Assembly (NCBI GenBank): GCA_035390125.1
Contig: DAOOTD010000002.1
Span: 169,908-233,907 of the forward strand
DNA from: Candidatus Moraniibacteriota bacterium
Lineage (GTDB): Bacteria; Patescibacteriota; Minisyncoccia; Moranbacterales; GWC2-37-73
Direction of reading: 5' to 3'
DNA: 64,000 bases
In this document: piece by piece, positions 36,073 to 48,536 of the stretch
Layout of the letters: each line of letters begins with the position of its first letter
How positions within the stretch are numbered: the stretch's first letter is position 1
Notes under the pieces: generated by a model
What the model was told of the DNA's origin: nothing
The model's input: only the letters and a program-made list of their open reading frames with translations
The model's database searches: none
Translations under genes and position numbers: made by a program

Positions 36073-37035
36073 TTATTTTTCCTTCTCAATCTTATTCAGC
36101 AATTCTTTGACTTTTTGGATGCTATCCCAGTCATGGATTGAGATTGGCAAAATATTGGAAGAAATTTTTTCCAGCTTCTTAATTTTTTTCTTAAGCTCTT
36201 CCGGCGAAACAATATCGGTTTTGCTAATGAAAATATATTCCGGTTTTTTAAGTAAAATTGGGTTGTATTTCTCCAATTCTTTTCTTATGGTTTTATAATC
36301 TTTGATTGGGTCTTCAGATTCAACTGATAAAAAGTGAAAAAGAATTTTTGTGCGTTCAACGTGCCGCAAAAATTTTATGCCTAAGCCCTTGCCCTCAGAA
36401 GCTCCTTCAATCAGTCCCGGAATATCAGCTAAAATAAGCCCATAGTAGACGCCTAAATTTGGTTCAAGTGTGGTGAATTGATAATTGGCGACTTTGGCGC
36501 TGGCATTGGTGATCTCATTGAGCAGGCTTGATTTTCCAGCATTGGGAAGTCCGACAAATCCAACATCGGCAATCAATTTTAGCTCCAGACGCAAATTGAA
36601 ATGCTCGCCAAGTTTTCCTTCTTCAAATTCTTCCGGAGTTGTGTTGGTTGAAGACCTGAAAAGAAAATTTCCGCGGCCGCCTTTGCCGCCCTTGGCAACC
36701 AAAATTTCTTGTCCGACTTTAGTTATTTCTAAATCTTCCTTGGTGTCTAGATTATGGATAACAGTTCCGATAGGAACTTTTATGGCTAAATTTTCACCAT
36801 CTGGACCATCGCAAAACTGGCCCTTGCCATCGCGGCCGTTTTGAGCGCTAAGCTGCTTTTTATAGCGGAACTGGCCAAGCGCATTAAGATCAGAAACACC
36901 AATGAAAATTATATTTCCTCCATTACCGCCGCTTCCACCAGCAGGCCCAAGACTCATAAGATTCTTGTTAAAACTCGCGCATCCTTTTCCGCCATGCCCG
37001 GCAGTTATTTCAATTTTTACGTCATCAATCAGCAT
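36073..37035 (-). CDS. obg: GTPase Obg (short form without a C-terminal domain)
   Basis: Obg fold, Gly-rich N-terminus, then G1 GLPNAGKSSLLN, G3 DIPG and G4. Confidence 0.85.
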   Translation of the reverse strand: MLIDDVKIEITAGHGGKGCASFNKNLMSLGPAGGSGGNGGNIIFIGVSDLNALGQFRYKKQLSAQNGRDGKGQFCDGPDGENLAIKVPIGTVIHNLDTKEDLEITKVGQEILVAKGGKGGRGNFLFRSSTNTTPEEFEEGKLGEHFNLRLELKLIADVGFVGLPNAGKSSLLNEITNASAKVANYQFTTLEPNLGVYYGLILADIPGLIEGASEGKGLGIKFLRHVERTKILFHFLSVESEDPIKDYKTIRKELEKYNPILLKKPEYIFISKTDIVSPEELKKKIKKLEKISSNILPISIHDWDSIQKVKELLNKIEKEK

Positions 37036-37119
37036 AACTGAATAAGTATAAAATAAAATCTCAAAAAAGGCAATGCTTTATGTTTGCTTATGCCTTTTTC
37101 TGTGCTAAAATAAGGGAAG

Positions 37120-38418
37120 ATGAATAAAAAAACAAAAAAATTGGCTTTAATAATGGCCTGGGCTTTAACAGTTCCTGTATTTTTAGTGTCCCAGATTTCT
37201 TTTTGGCAGGCTCCAGTCATTGTTGTTTATGCAGCAGACAGTATATCCAATATTGAAGAAGAAAAAGAAGAAATTGAAGACAAAATCGAAAGAGAACAAA
37301 AAGCCCTGCAAAAAAGCCAACAGGAACTTTCACAAATACAAGGCGCAGTTAATTCAACTCAATCAGCCATAAATAAGACCCAGTCTGATTTGAATAAAGT
37401 TAAAGAAACAATTTCTCGTAAGGAAATGGAAATAGTAAATTTGAATGATCAGATAAAATTGAGTGAAGAAGCACTGAAAAGTTTTTTACAAAAAATTTAT
37501 TATATAAAAAATAAGGCTATTCTGGAAGTGGTTCTATCTGAAGAAAGTTTCACGGGCATGTTTTCTAGTGTTGATAATATCCTGACTCTTGAAGATAAGA
37601 TTATGGATATGACAAATAAAATTTCAGAAACAAAAAAACAGGTTGAACAAGACAAAATTGAGCTAGCCGATATAAAAGAAAAACATGAGGATGTTTTAGA
37701 AAAAAGAATTGATGAAAAGCAGGGCTTACTTGCAGATAAAGCAGAAGCTGCATCAGATGTAGCAGAAAAAGAAGCAACAATTGAAGAATTACAGGCGAAA
37801 TTAGCAGAATTGGAAAGCGATTTAAATGTTTTAACCGGAAAATCATTCAACGCTAAAGACATTAAAGAAGCGGTCGAATATGCTAGTGATAAGACGGGAG
37901 TTCCAAAGGGGGTTCTTTATGGATTTTTGAAAATGGAAACGAATTTAGGGGCCAATACGGGACAGTGTACTTATAAAGAAGTTGAAAAAGTGGCAATTGC
38001 AAGGTATAAGAAATACGGATCAAAATACAAGAACTCAATTGCATTGCTTTATAAAAGGAGGGACCTTTTTTATGATTTAGTGGACGATTTAGGATACAGT
38101 AAAAGTAAAAAAGTTTCCTGTTCGCCAAGTGGTTATATCGGACAAGGAGGAGCTATGGGTGTCCCACAATTCATGTCTGACACGTGGCAAGGATATAAAT
38201 CAAGGATAACTGCCAAGACTGGGCATAAAACGCCGGATCCATGGGATTTAACTGACGGTGTTATGGCTATGGCTATAAAATTGAGGGAAGCTGGAGCAAC
38301 TTCAGACAGTAAAACTGCAATTAAAAAAGCTTCAATCAATTATCTGGGAACATTCTATGCAAATTATTACAATGGCATAGTTTATTGGTCTAAGAATTAC
38401 AAGCGGCTTTTTAATTAA
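37120..38418 (+). CDS. secreted coiled-coil protein with a C-terminal lytic-transglycosylase-like domain
   Basis: Signal/TM helix, long coiled-coil, and a C-terminal GAMGVPQFMSDTW resembling the SLT GLMQ..P.T motif. Confidence 0.4.
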   Translation: MNKKTKKLALIMAWALTVPVFLVSQISFWQAPVIVVYAADSISNIEEEKEEIEDKIEREQKALQKSQQELSQIQGAVNSTQSAINKTQSDLNKVKETISRKEMEIVNLNDQIKLSEEALKSFLQKIYYIKNKAILEVVLSEESFTGMFSSVDNILTLEDKIMDMTNKISETKKQVEQDKIELADIKEKHEDVLEKRIDEKQGLLADKAEAASDVAEKEATIEELQAKLAELESDLNVLTGKSFNAKDIKEAVEYASDKTGVPKGVLYGFLKMETNLGANTGQCTYKEVEKVAIARYKKYGSKYKNSIALLYKRRDLFYDLVDDLGYSKSKKVSCSPSGYIGQGGAMGVPQFMSDTWQGYKSRITAKTGHKTPDPWDLTDGVMAMAIKLREAGATSDSKTAIKKASINYLGTFYANYYNGIVYWSKNYKRLFN

Positions 38419-38424
38419 TGAGTT

Positions 38425-39840
38425 ATGAATAATAAACTTTACATAACAACTACTTTACCATACGTTAATGCTCAGCCTCATATTGGTTATGCTTGGGAGG
38501 TGGTTAGGGCAGATGCCTGGGCAAGATTTCAAAGACTTTCAGGCCATGAAGTTTTTTTCAATATCGGGACAGATGAACATGGGGCTAAAATTTATGAGCG
38601 TGCCAAGGAGCTAGGCATTGATACGCAGGCCTATTGCGATCAACAGGTAGAAAAATTCAAAGAATTGAAAAATATTTTAAATTTAAGCTTCGATAATTTT
38701 ATTCGTACAACCGATGAACATCATATTCAGGCAGCCCAGAAATTCTGGAAACAGGCTGATGCCAATGGTTATATTTACAAGAAAAATTACAAGACTAAAT
38801 ATTGCATAGGTTGTGAGATGGAGAAGACAGATTCAGAGCTTATTGACGATTGCTGTCCATTGCATCCTGACAGAAAAATTCAAATTGTAGAGGAGGAAAA
38901 TTATTTCTTTAAATTTTCAGCTTTTCAGAAAGAATTGTTGGATTTATATGAAATAAATCCTGAATTTGTAGTGCCAAAACATCGTTTTAATGAAATTAAA
39001 AAATTTGTAGAGATGGGTCTCATGGACTTCAGTATTTCCAGGATAAAAGAAAAGATGCCTTGGGGTGTACCAGTTCCAGGCGATGAAAACCATGTAATTT
39101 ATGTCTGGTTTGACGCTCTAGTTAACTATATTTCGGCTATTGGTTGGCCAGATGATCTGGAGAAATTTAATTCTTGGTGGCCGGGAATTCAAGTAGCCGG
39201 CAAGGACAACATTCGCCAGCAGTCAGCTATGTGGCAGGCGATGCTTTTGTCAAATAAACTGCCTCCGTCCAAGCAGATTTTTATAAACAGTTTCATAACC
39301 AGTAATGGGCAAAAAATGTCCAAGTCATTAGGAAATGTTATTTCACCCTATGAAATGGTTGAAAAATTCGATGTCGATGGCACGCGCTATCTTTTGCTTA
39401 TCCTTAATAGCTTTGGGGATGATGTGGATATTAATTGGGGCTGGATGGTAGAAAAATATAATGCTGATTTGGCAAATGGACTAGGCAATCTAACTTCACG
39501 AGTTATAAAACTTGCTAAAAATTTTAAATTTAAAATTTCAGATTTCAGATCAAGTCCTAATGAAAAAATATCTAATTTCTTAAAAAATTTAGAGATAAAT
39601 AAGGCGTTGGAATATATATGGGATATTGTAAAAGAAGATAATAAATATATTGAAGATAATAAACCATGGGAACTTTCTAAAAATGACGAGAATAAGTTTA
39701 AAGAAGTTATGGAAAAATTAATCTCAGATCTTCATCTCATATCTCAATTTCTAGCGCCTTTTTTGCCTGAAACATCAGAAAAAATCAAAAAAGCATTGGA
39801 AACAAAGCAGGTTGAGCCTCTTTTCCAAAGAATAAAGTAG
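38425..39840 (+). CDS. metG: methionine--tRNA ligase
   Basis: HIGH-type PHIGYA, KMSKS, and a Zn knuckle CIGCE...CCPLH. Confidence 0.85.
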   Translation: MNNKLYITTTLPYVNAQPHIGYAWEVVRADAWARFQRLSGHEVFFNIGTDEHGAKIYERAKELGIDTQAYCDQQVEKFKELKNILNLSFDNFIRTTDEHHIQAAQKFWKQADANGYIYKKNYKTKYCIGCEMEKTDSELIDDCCPLHPDRKIQIVEEENYFFKFSAFQKELLDLYEINPEFVVPKHRFNEIKKFVEMGLMDFSISRIKEKMPWGVPVPGDENHVIYVWFDALVNYISAIGWPDDLEKFNSWWPGIQVAGKDNIRQQSAMWQAMLLSNKLPPSKQIFINSFITSNGQKMSKSLGNVISPYEMVEKFDVDGTRYLLLILNSFGDDVDINWGWMVEKYNADLANGLGNLTSRVIKLAKNFKFKISDFRSSPNEKISNFLKNLEINKALEYIWDIVKEDNKYIEDNKPWELSKNDENKFKEVMEKLISDLHLISQFLAPFLPETSEKIKKALETKQVEPLFQRIK

Positions 39841-39909
39841 TTTAAGAAATAAGAATTCATATTGTTTGTATTATATGGCAATAGATAAAATTTAACCTGT
39901 ATAAATAAT

Positions 39910-40296
39910 ATGAAGATAGCAATTAGTGGCAATATTTATATGTTGCCAGACATAATAGAGATGCAGGAATTGTTAGAGGAGCGTAAACATAAAGTCATTC
40001 CTACTTTTGAATATTTGGATCAGCTAGAGGAAATAAATGAAAAAAAAAGAACTAAAAACAGGACATCTTTTTTTGATAAACTGAAAAAATGCGACGCGCT
40101 TTTAGTGGTTAATAATTCGCTAAAAAAGGGTCGTGAAAATTATATTAGCGGAAGTTCTTTTCTGGAAATGGGATTTGCACACGCCTTAGGAAAAAAGATA
40201 TTTATTTTGCAAGACATTCCTGATTTATCATATAAGGACGAAATTATGGCTATGAAACCAATTGTATTAAATGGAAACTTAAACAAAATAAGATAG
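39910..40296 (+). CDS. nucleoside 2-deoxyribosyltransferase-like protein
   Basis: SGSSFLEMGFAHALGKKIFIL resembles the NDT catalytic-Glu motif (GT.FE.G.A.A.GKP). Confidence 0.4.
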   Translation: MKIAISGNIYMLPDIIEMQELLEERKHKVIPTFEYLDQLEEINEKKRTKNRTSFFDKLKKCDALLVVNNSLKKGRENYISGSSFLEMGFAHALGKKIFILQDIPDLSYKDEIMAMKPIVLNGNLNKIR

Positions 40297-40303
40297 ATAA
40301 ATT

Positions 40304-41137
40304 ATGCAGTTTATTGATAGTCATGCGCATGTAAACTTCAATGCCTATAAAAATGATGGCGAAGAAGTTCTGAAAGAAGCACTCAACAAAGGAGTGCTTG
40401 TTGTTAATGTCGGTTCGCAGTATTCGACCAGTCAGCGTGCAGTTAAATATGCACACAAACTGAAGGGAGTATATGCAGCCGTTGGAATTCATCCAATTCA
40501 TCTTAATAAAAAAACAGTTCATATAGACTCCGATGAATTGGATTCAACTATAGAAATAGAAGCCAATGGCGAGGATTATGATGCAGAAAAATATTTAGAA
40601 TTAGCTAGAAACGAAAAAGTTGTGGCTATAGGTGAAATCGGTTTAGATTACCATCATTTTACAGAGGGAGATGATGTTGAATTTTTGAAAAATAAACAGA
40701 AAGAAGTTTTTATAAAATTTATCGAACTTGCCAATTCAGTTGGTAAGCCAGTTATGTTGCATTGTTGGGATGCATATGATGATCTGTTGGAAATTTTGGA
40801 AAAACATCCAGTAAAAAAGAAAGGTATATTGCATAGTTTTATCGGGAGTTATAAAACAGCTAATAAATTTATTGAACTTGGATATAAAATCGGTCTCAAT
40901 GGAATTGTCACGTATGGTGAAGGTTATGATCGATTGATAAAAGAAATAGATCTAAAGAATATTGTTATTGAGACTGATTGCCCATATCTGACTCCGCGTC
41001 CGCTCGAAAGAGAAAAACGCAACGAACCGGTTTTTGTGAAAATTGTGGCTGAAAAAATAGCTGTAGTAAAGGAAATTTCTGTTGAGGAAGTGGCAGAAAT
41101 AACGACCAAAAACTCTAAGGATTTGCTTGGTATATAA
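40304..41137 (+). CDS. tatD: TatD family hydrolase
   Basis: IDSHAHVNF, GEIGLDYH, LHCWDA motifs. Confidence 0.85.
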   Translation: MQFIDSHAHVNFNAYKNDGEEVLKEALNKGVLVVNVGSQYSTSQRAVKYAHKLKGVYAAVGIHPIHLNKKTVHIDSDELDSTIEIEANGEDYDAEKYLELARNEKVVAIGEIGLDYHHFTEGDDVEFLKNKQKEVFIKFIELANSVGKPVMLHCWDAYDDLLEILEKHPVKKKGILHSFIGSYKTANKFIELGYKIGLNGIVTYGEGYDRLIKEIDLKNIVIETDCPYLTPRPLEREKRNEPVFVKIVAEKIAVVKEISVEEVAEITTKNSKDLLGI

Positions 41138-41218
41138 AAATTTTTTATGCTTGACTTTACTGGGCTTTTGAGAGATAATAGATACTAATGGTTGATCAAA
41201 TAAACCGGCTAAAGGCCG

Positions 41219-41491
41219 TTGTTTTTTATGGAAAAAAGTAAGAAACAAGATTCATGGTCTGCAATTGGTTTCGCATGGGAGTTGGGATATTCAATTTCTA
41301 TCCCACTTGCAGTTTTTACTCTGGGAGGAAGAATATTGGATAAAAAACTTGAAACATCTCCGTGGTTGCTTTTAGCAGGATTGTTTATTTCAATTATAGT
41401 TACGTTCTACATCGTTTATCAGAAATTGATGGCGATAATCAATGATCAAGAATCCTCAAATAAAGACTTAAAAGATAATAAAAAAGAATAA
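41219..41491 (+). CDS. AtpZ/AtpI-like small membrane protein preceding the ATP synthase operon
   Basis: Two TM helices; position upstream of atpB. Confidence 0.5.
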   Translation: MFFMEKSKKQDSWSAIGFAWELGYSISIPLAVFTLGGRILDKKLETSPWLLLAGLFISIIVTFYIVYQKLMAIINDQESSNKDLKDNKKE

Positions 41492-41498
41492 AAAAATA

Positions 41499-42254
41499 AT
41501 GGAGATTTCATTATCAGCAGAATCACTCTTTCACATTGGCAGTTTCCCGATTACTAACACACTAGTGATGACTTTTTTGCTTAGTACGCTGATTATAATT
41601 ACCTCGCTTGTTTTACGGAATAAGCTTAAGCTTATTCCGCGTGGTTTTCAAAATGTTTTTGAATATATAGTCGAGGCTATTTTAGACTTGGTAGACAGTG
41701 TGACACAAAACAGAGAACAGACAAAAAAATTTTTTCCAATTGTCACTACGATTTTTATATTTATCATCTTATCTAATTGGATAGAGATAATTCCTGGACT
41801 TGGAACTATTGGAATAAATGAAATTAACAAACATGGAGAAACAGTTTTAGTTCCATTTATCCGCAGTACTTCAGCTGATCTTAATGTTACTCTAGCTATA
41901 GCTCTTATTTCCGTTTTTACCATTCAATTCATGGGTATTGCTGCTATTGGTGCTGCTAAATATGCAGGAAAGTTTTTTGTAAACCCATTCCATAAGCCAT
42001 ATTTTATAGGAACATTTGTCGGAGGTTTGGAACTTATCAGTGAAATTGCAAAAATAATTTCATTCTCTTTTCGTTTATTCGGAAATATTTTTGCTGGAGA
42101 GGTGTTGCTTATTGTGATGCTAAATCTGGTTCCATATTTTGTACCACTTCCTTTTTTATTTTTGGAATTATTTGTCGGATTTATCCAGGCACTGGTTTTT
42201 GCAATGTTGACATTGGTCTTTCTGAAAATGGCAGTGACAGAAGTGGCACACTAA
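41499..42254 (+). CDS. atpB: F0F1 ATP synthase subunit a
   Basis: Conserved RLFGNIFAGE motif. Confidence 0.85.
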   Translation: MEISLSAESLFHIGSFPITNTLVMTFLLSTLIIITSLVLRNKLKLIPRGFQNVFEYIVEAILDLVDSVTQNREQTKKFFPIVTTIFIFIILSNWIEIIPGLGTIGINEINKHGETVLVPFIRSTSADLNVTLAIALISVFTIQFMGIAAIGAAKYAGKFFVNPFHKPYFIGTFVGGLELISEIAKIISFSFRLFGNIFAGEVLLIVMLNLVPYFVPLPFLFLELFVGFIQALVFAMLTLVFLKMAVTEVAH

Positions 42255-42272
42255 AATTGGTTAATTTTTTAA

Positions 42273-42566
<294 letters not shown>

Positions 42567-42631
42567 TTGGTTTATAGTCAGCAGCTCGTAATATTGCGGG
42601 CTGTAAACTATCAACTAATAATTATAAAAAT

Positions 42632-43117
42632 ATGGAACTGTTAAATAATCTCGGAATTAACGCCAAACTGCTTATTGCGCAAATTGTTAATTTTTTAATA
42701 TTGTTATTTGTATTGTATAAATTTGCTTATGGCCCAGTATTAAAATTGCTTGATGAAAGAACCAAAAAAATTGAAAGAGGCTTGAAAGATGCTGAAGATG
42801 CACAAAAAAAACTGTCTGAAATCTCTGGAAAGGAAAAAGAAATTTTGATTAAAGCTAAAAAACAAGCTCAAGAAATTGTAGCTAAAGCAGAAGAAATAGC
42901 CATAAAAAATAAAGAGGAAATAATTGCTTCTGCTAAAGAACAATCAGAGAAAATTATAGCCGATTCGAACAGAAAAATTGAATCAGAAAGGACACTAATG
43001 TTCCAGGAAATAAAAAAACAGGCGGCAGAACTAGTTGTGGCTGCGACAGAGAAAATTATTGATGAGAAAATGAATTATGAAAAGGATAAGAATTTAATAG
43101 AAAAGGCACTAAAATAA
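42632..43117 (+). CDS. atpF: ATP synthase subunit b
   Basis: N-terminal TM helix followed by a long charged helix. Confidence 0.8.
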   Translation: MELLNNLGINAKLLIAQIVNFLILLFVLYKFAYGPVLKLLDERTKKIERGLKDAEDAQKKLSEISGKEKEILIKAKKQAQEIVAKAEEIAIKNKEEIIASAKEQSEKIIADSNRKIESERTLMFQEIKKQAAELVVAATEKIIDEKMNYEKDKNLIEKALK

Positions 43118-43118
43118 A

Positions 43119-43520
43119 ATGAAAGCTACAATTCAGCAATATGCTAAAACATTATCGGAGATTACAGCAGATAAAACTGAAAAAGAAATCAGCGGTATTG
43201 TTGCGCATTTTGCTGAAATTCTGAAAAAAGAGGGACAATTTAAAAATATACAAAAAATAATTGAAAAATTCTCTGAATTTTATAATTCAGAACATGGAAT
43301 CGTGGAAGTAAGCGTCACCACGAAGTTTGGAATTCTGGGCAAAGAATTGAAAGATATTGAGGATTTTATAAAAAATAAATGCAAAGCAAAAAAAGTTATC
43401 ATTAAAAACACTATCGATGAAAAAATAAAAGGAGGAATAATTATAAAAATAGGAGACGAAATTTTAGACGGAAGTGTATCCAGCAAATTGAAAAAAATTA
43501 AAAAAGTATTGAGTAATTAA
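43119..43520 (+). CDS. atpH: ATP synthase subunit delta (short)
   Basis: Operon position and OSCP-like C-terminus. Confidence 0.6.
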   Translation: MKATIQQYAKTLSEITADKTEKEISGIVAHFAEILKKEGQFKNIQKIIEKFSEFYNSEHGIVEVSVTTKFGILGKELKDIEDFIKNKCKAKKVIIKNTIDEKIKGGIIIKIGDEILDGSVSSKLKKIKKVLSN

Positions 43521-43542
43521 TTTTCATTTCATTATAAATAAT

Positions 43543-45042
43543 ATGAATAAAGATTTTATTGTAGAACAACTTAAAAAGCAGATAGAAAATTTTAAGGTCG
43601 AAATGCAAATTGAAAAAACCGGTAAAGTTATCGAAGTTAGTGACGGAGTCGCCCGCATTTCAGGGCTTAGCGATATCATGGCTTCAGAAATGGTTGAATT
43701 TCCCAATGGAGAAATCGGTGTGGCTCTTAATCTTGAAGAAGACTATGTAGGTGTCATGATTTTAGGAAGCTTCTCTGGAATTAAAGAGGGGGATGAAGTA
43801 AGGGCTACTGGCAAAGTACTTTCTATTCCTGTTTCCGATTTTATGGTTGGTCGTGTTATTAATTCTCTGGGGATGCCCATGGATGGTAAGGGCGATATCA
43901 GGGCTGAAAAATATTATCCAGTTGAAAAAATTGCTCCCGGAGTTATAACCAGAAAATCAGTCAATCAGCCTGTTCAGACGGGAATAAAAGCCATTGACGC
44001 TATGATTCCTATTGGACGTGGACAACGCGAACTTATTATCGGTGATCGCCAGACCGGAAAAACAGCCATTGCTATTGATACTATTATCAACCAAAAGGGG
44101 CACAATATGAAATGTATTTATGTTGCGATTGGTCAAAAAGAATCAAAAATTGCCAGGATTGTTGGTGAGCTTGAAAAAAGAGGTGCTATGGAATATACCA
44201 CAGTTATTATAGCTGGTGCATCAGACAGTGCAGCGCTTTCTTATATTGCTCCTTACTCGGGGTGCGCATTGGGAGAATATTTTATGGATAAAGGTGAGGA
44301 TGTGCTGATAATTTTTGATGATCTTTCTAGGCACGCTTGGGCTTATCGACAAGTTTCTCTTATCTTAAAACGTCCGCCGGGACGTGAAGCTTATCCTGGT
44401 GATGTTTTTTATCTGCATTCACGTCTCCTGGAAAGAAGTGCGAAACTTAATGATGATTTTGGCGGAGGAAGCTTGACAGCGCTGCCTATTATTGAAACGC
44501 AGGCTGGGGATGTTTCAGCCTATATTCCGACCAATGTTATTTCCATTACTGACGGGCAGATTTTTTTGGAATCAGATCTGTTTTATAAAGGTGTAAGGCC
44601 GGCACTTAACATAGGAATTTCAGTTTCACGTGTTGGTTCATCTGCGCAGATTAAAGCTATGAAAAAAGTAGCTGGAAAATTGAGATTGGATTTGGCGCAA
44701 TTCAGAGAGCTAGAAGCTTTTGCCCAATTTGGATCCGATCTCGATGAAAAAACAAAAGCACAAATCGAAAGAGGATTAAGAACAATCGAAATTGTTAAAC
44801 AAGGGCAATATGAACCGATGGCTGTCGAACACCAGGTTGCAATTTTGTATGCGTTGACTAATGGATTTTTAGATGATGTGGCTGTCGAAAAAGTAAAAGA
44901 ATGGGAAAATGGTTTCCATAAGTATTTAGATGCGCAGGCTAAAAATTTAATCAAATTAATTGAAGATAAAAAAGAATTAACAGAGGAAGTTATAAATGCG
45001 CTTGAGAAAACGATTAAAGAATTTAAAGAAATCTATCAATAA
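43543..45042 (+). CDS. atpA: ATP synthase subunit alpha
   Basis: GDRQTGKT Walker A, DDLS motif. Confidence 0.95.
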   Translation: MNKDFIVEQLKKQIENFKVEMQIEKTGKVIEVSDGVARISGLSDIMASEMVEFPNGEIGVALNLEEDYVGVMILGSFSGIKEGDEVRATGKVLSIPVSDFMVGRVINSLGMPMDGKGDIRAEKYYPVEKIAPGVITRKSVNQPVQTGIKAIDAMIPIGRGQRELIIGDRQTGKTAIAIDTIINQKGHNMKCIYVAIGQKESKIARIVGELEKRGAMEYTTVIIAGASDSAALSYIAPYSGCALGEYFMDKGEDVLIIFDDLSRHAWAYRQVSLILKRPPGREAYPGDVFYLHSRLLERSAKLNDDFGGGSLTALPIIETQAGDVSAYIPTNVISITDGQIFLESDLFYKGVRPALNIGISVSRVGSSAQIKAMKKVAGKLRLDLAQFRELEAFAQFGSDLDEKTKAQIERGLRTIEIVKQGQYEPMAVEHQVAILYALTNGFLDDVAVEKVKEWENGFHKYLDAQAKNLIKLIEDKKELTEEVINALEKTIKEFKEIYQ

Positions 45043-45051
45043 TACAATAAA

Positions 45052-46011
45052 ATGCCTAGCTCAAAAGACATAAGACGTCGAATAAAATCAATAAATTCTA
45101 CAAGGAAAATAACCCGTGCCATGGAGATGGTTTCTGCTGCCAAAATGCGTAGGTCTGTGGCTAGCGTGCTTAATGTCAGACCCTATGCGCATGCTGCTTG
45201 GAGTGTTCTGACCAATTTAGCTAGAGCTTTTGAATCTTCCAATACAAAAGGGTTTTTGGATGTACGTGAAGTAAGAAGCATATTAATGGTGGTTATTGCT
45301 TCTGATAGAGGTCTATGCGGATCTTTTAATACGCAAATATCTAAAAAAATAAAAGAAGAAATTTCAAATCCAGAGAGGTTGAAGATTAACAGGTTTGGAA
45401 ATAGAAAAATAGAGTCAATAATCAAAAATGAAGATTTAAAAATTGATTTTATAACCGTCGGAAAGAAAGGAGAGAATATAGTACGCAAATTGCGCAGGGA
45501 TATAATTGCTTCTTTCACTGACGCAGGAGCTTTTGCTAAGGTTGGAGACATAGAACCTCTTTTTAAAATCGTAGCTAATGATTATTTGGCGAAAAAGTAT
45601 GACAAAATAGTTGTGGTTTATACTGATTATGTTTCTACAATTATACAAAGGACGTGCATACGTCAGGTGTTGCCTATTTCTAAAGTTGATATAGAAAAAC
45701 AAATCGCGGAAATGGATGTGCTAGCCAAAGAGTATGGCTTAGAAGAACCAATTTTGGAATATAAAATTGAACCAAGTCCCAGGGAAGTTCTGGAGTTTAT
45801 ATTGCCACGCCTTATTGAAATGCAGCTTTTTCATGCAATTTTGGAATCACAAGCTTCAGAACAAAGCGCGCGGATGATGGCCATGAGGAATGCTAGTGAT
45901 GCGGCGGCAGAAATGTCTGAAGATCTGACTTTAGCATACAATCAGATAAGACAAGGAAAGATTACACAGGAAATAGCGGAGATCAGCGCAGGAAGAGCGG
46001 CGTTAGAGTAA
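45052..46011 (+). CDS. atpG: ATP synthase subunit gamma
   Basis: ITRAMEMVSAAKMRR N-terminus, C-terminal ITQEI..I..GAAAL. Confidence 0.9.
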   Translation: MPSSKDIRRRIKSINSTRKITRAMEMVSAAKMRRSVASVLNVRPYAHAAWSVLTNLARAFESSNTKGFLDVREVRSILMVVIASDRGLCGSFNTQISKKIKEEISNPERLKINRFGNRKIESIIKNEDLKIDFITVGKKGENIVRKLRRDIIASFTDAGAFAKVGDIEPLFKIVANDYLAKKYDKIVVVYTDYVSTIIQRTCIRQVLPISKVDIEKQIAEMDVLAKEYGLEEPILEYKIEPSPREVLEFILPRLIEMQLFHAILESQASEQSARMMAMRNASDAAAEMSEDLTLAYNQIRQGKITQEIAEISAGRAALE

Positions 46012-46028
46012 TTTATTTTTTGCTATAA

Positions 46029-47423
<1,395 letters not shown>

Positions 47424-47432
47424 TTTACTAAT

Positions 47433-47867
47433 ATGAAAATAAATTTTAAAATTATAACTCCAGAGAAAATTGTCTATGAAGATGAAGTTGACCAAGCAAC
47501 AATGCCAGTGTCTGATGGAGAGATTACAATTCTTCCCAATCATCGTAGCTATATAGCTTCTCTTAAACCCGGAGAAATAAGGCTAAAAATGGGAAAAAAT
47601 GAAAAATTTCTGGCAACTTCAGGAGGTTTTATTGAATTTAATAAAAATACACTTGTTGTATTAGCCGATACGGCTGAACGCGCTTCAGAAATAGATCTCC
47701 AGCGCGCTGAAGAAACGGCCAGAAAAAGAGCAGAAGAACTTAAGAAAGAAAAAGTTGCTATGAGCGAAATTGAATATGCACGAATAGCATCTTTAATTGA
47801 AAAAGAACTGGCACGTGTCAAGGTTGCTAAAAAACATCGTAGCAGGCAAGGAATGAAAATTAACTAA
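47433..47867 (+). CDS. atpC: ATP synthase subunit epsilon
   Basis: Operon position; beta-sandwich plus helical hairpin pattern. Confidence 0.85.
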   Translation: MKINFKIITPEKIVYEDEVDQATMPVSDGEITILPNHRSYIASLKPGEIRLKMGKNEKFLATSGGFIEFNKNTLVVLADTAERASEIDLQRAEETARKRAEELKKEKVAMSEIEYARIASLIEKELARVKVAKKHRSRQGMKIN

Positions 47868-47893
47868 ACTTATAAAATATTTTTTTAAAAAAT

Positions 47894-48337
47894 ATGAAAA
47901 CACTATTTAAATTTAAAAATACACACCATTGTGAAGCAGTGGTTTTATCATGCATAGATTTCAGGTTCTGGAAAGAAACTGCTGAATTTATTGAAAAAGA
48001 GCTAAATATTAAAAGTTTTGATTTTCCCTCACTACCTGGATCAGCTAAAGCCATCAATGAAAGCCAGGAAGGAGACATTGTTTCACAATGTATCAACGTG
48101 CCGGTTGAGCTGCATCATGTAAATAAAATTATTATTATCAATCACGAAGACTGTGGCGCCTATGGCGGGTCAAAAAAATTTGCAGGCAATGCTGATGCTG
48201 AACAAGAATTCCATATATCTGAGCTCCAAAAAGCCAAGGAAAAATTAGTTAGCAAATATGCAGATAAAGAAATATTTTTAGTATATGCTGCATTGGACAG
48301 CGAAAAAGAAAATATTGAATTTATAATAGTAAAATAA
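47894..48337 (+). CDS. small beta-carbonic-anhydrase-like protein (divergent)
   Basis: CIDFR (C.D.R) and HEDCGA (H..CG) match the beta-CA zinc-ligand motifs, but the protein is only 147 aa. Confidence 0.3.
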   Translation: MKTLFKFKNTHHCEAVVLSCIDFRFWKETAEFIEKELNIKSFDFPSLPGSAKAINESQEGDIVSQCINVPVELHHVNKIIIINHEDCGAYGGSKKFAGNADAEQEFHISELQKAKEKLVSKYADKEIFLVYAALDSEKENIEFIIVK

Positions 48338-48382
48338 AAAAATTATTCAAACATAAAATCCCTATTTAAATTAGGGATTTTG

Positions 48383-48464
48383 TGCCCGAAGAGAGACTCG
48401 AACTCTCATGGCTTGCGCCACACGATTTTGAGTCGTGCGTGTATACCAATTTCACCACTCGGGC
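48383..48464 (-). tRNA. tRNA-Leu (anticodon CAA), long variable arm
   Basis: Hand-folded on the minus strand. Acceptor GCCCGAG/TTCGGGC, anticodon stem CACGA/TCGTG with loop CTCAAAA, T-arm GAGAG-TTCGAGT-CTCTC. Confidence 0.85.
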
Positions 48465-48536
48465 ATTATTTAAGCCATAATAACTTCTTAATGATAGATA
48501 TTTGAAAGTCATTTGTCAATGTGATAATATTAGGTT

